Position numbers and translations under genes: made by a program. A DNA stretch of 62,496 nt, the filler included, from Chiloscyllium plagiosum (Eukaryota): NCBI RefSeq assembly GCF_004010195.1. It is 4 parts of one record of this genome, joined end to end, with 100 filler letters (N's around TTAATTAATTAA, not from the genome) between each part and the next. Parts side by side here need not be neighbours in the genome. Positions count along the whole stretch, not along the records: positions 59,205 to 62,496 come from NC_057717.1; 3 more parts are not named here. One strand, given 5' to 3'. Positions 62,457-62,496 of this stretch are shown piece by piece. Below the pieces are notes generated by a model, which ran no database searches, was not told where the DNA came from, and saw nothing but the letters and a program-made list of their open reading frames with translations. Every line of letters starts with the position of its first letter. The first letter of the stretch is position 1.

Positions 62457-62496
62457 GTGGAGAAAGTGAGGACTGCAGATGCTGGAGATCAGAGCT
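62457..62496 (-). mobile_element. End of another PLE pLTR (family B), cut by window edge
   Basis: ggagaaagtgaggactgcagatgctggagatcagagct, as at 42633-42670. Confidence 0.75.

Overview
Eukaryotic, repeat-dominated genomic DNA, most consistent with a cartilaginous fish (shark), based on CR1 LINEs, HE1/V-SINE and Deu-SINE-like elements, Penelope-like elements (PLEs) and KRAB-less C2H2 ZNF remnants. No intact protein-coding gene is evident. Three 100-nt spacers (44 N + TTAATTAATTAA + 44 N) show that the window joins four separately assembled pieces, so adjacency across them is not biological. Main contents: (1) three decayed fish-type class I (gamma/epsilon-like) endogenous retroviruses; ERV1 (minus, ~14.0-24.2 kb) keeps LTR, tRNA-Pro PBS, splice donor, gag and pol and is interrupted by a CR1, while ERV2 (plus) and ERV3 (minus) are related internally deleted copies with env TM. 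(2) A candidate 2H-phosphoesterase module (H-x-[ST] motifs) between protease and RT in two different ERV families; this is the most interesting signal. (3) Two PLE families whose terminal repeats carry minimal hammerhead-ribozyme cores, including a near-perfect 79-bp-arm palindrome. (4) Degenerate tRNA genes (Glu, Asp, Gly, possibly iMet) near ZNF remnants. (5) A ~1.9 kb duplicated block with a 75-nt splice-flanked segment that is identical in both copies. Repeat boundaries are approximate and family calls are by motif recognition, not database search.
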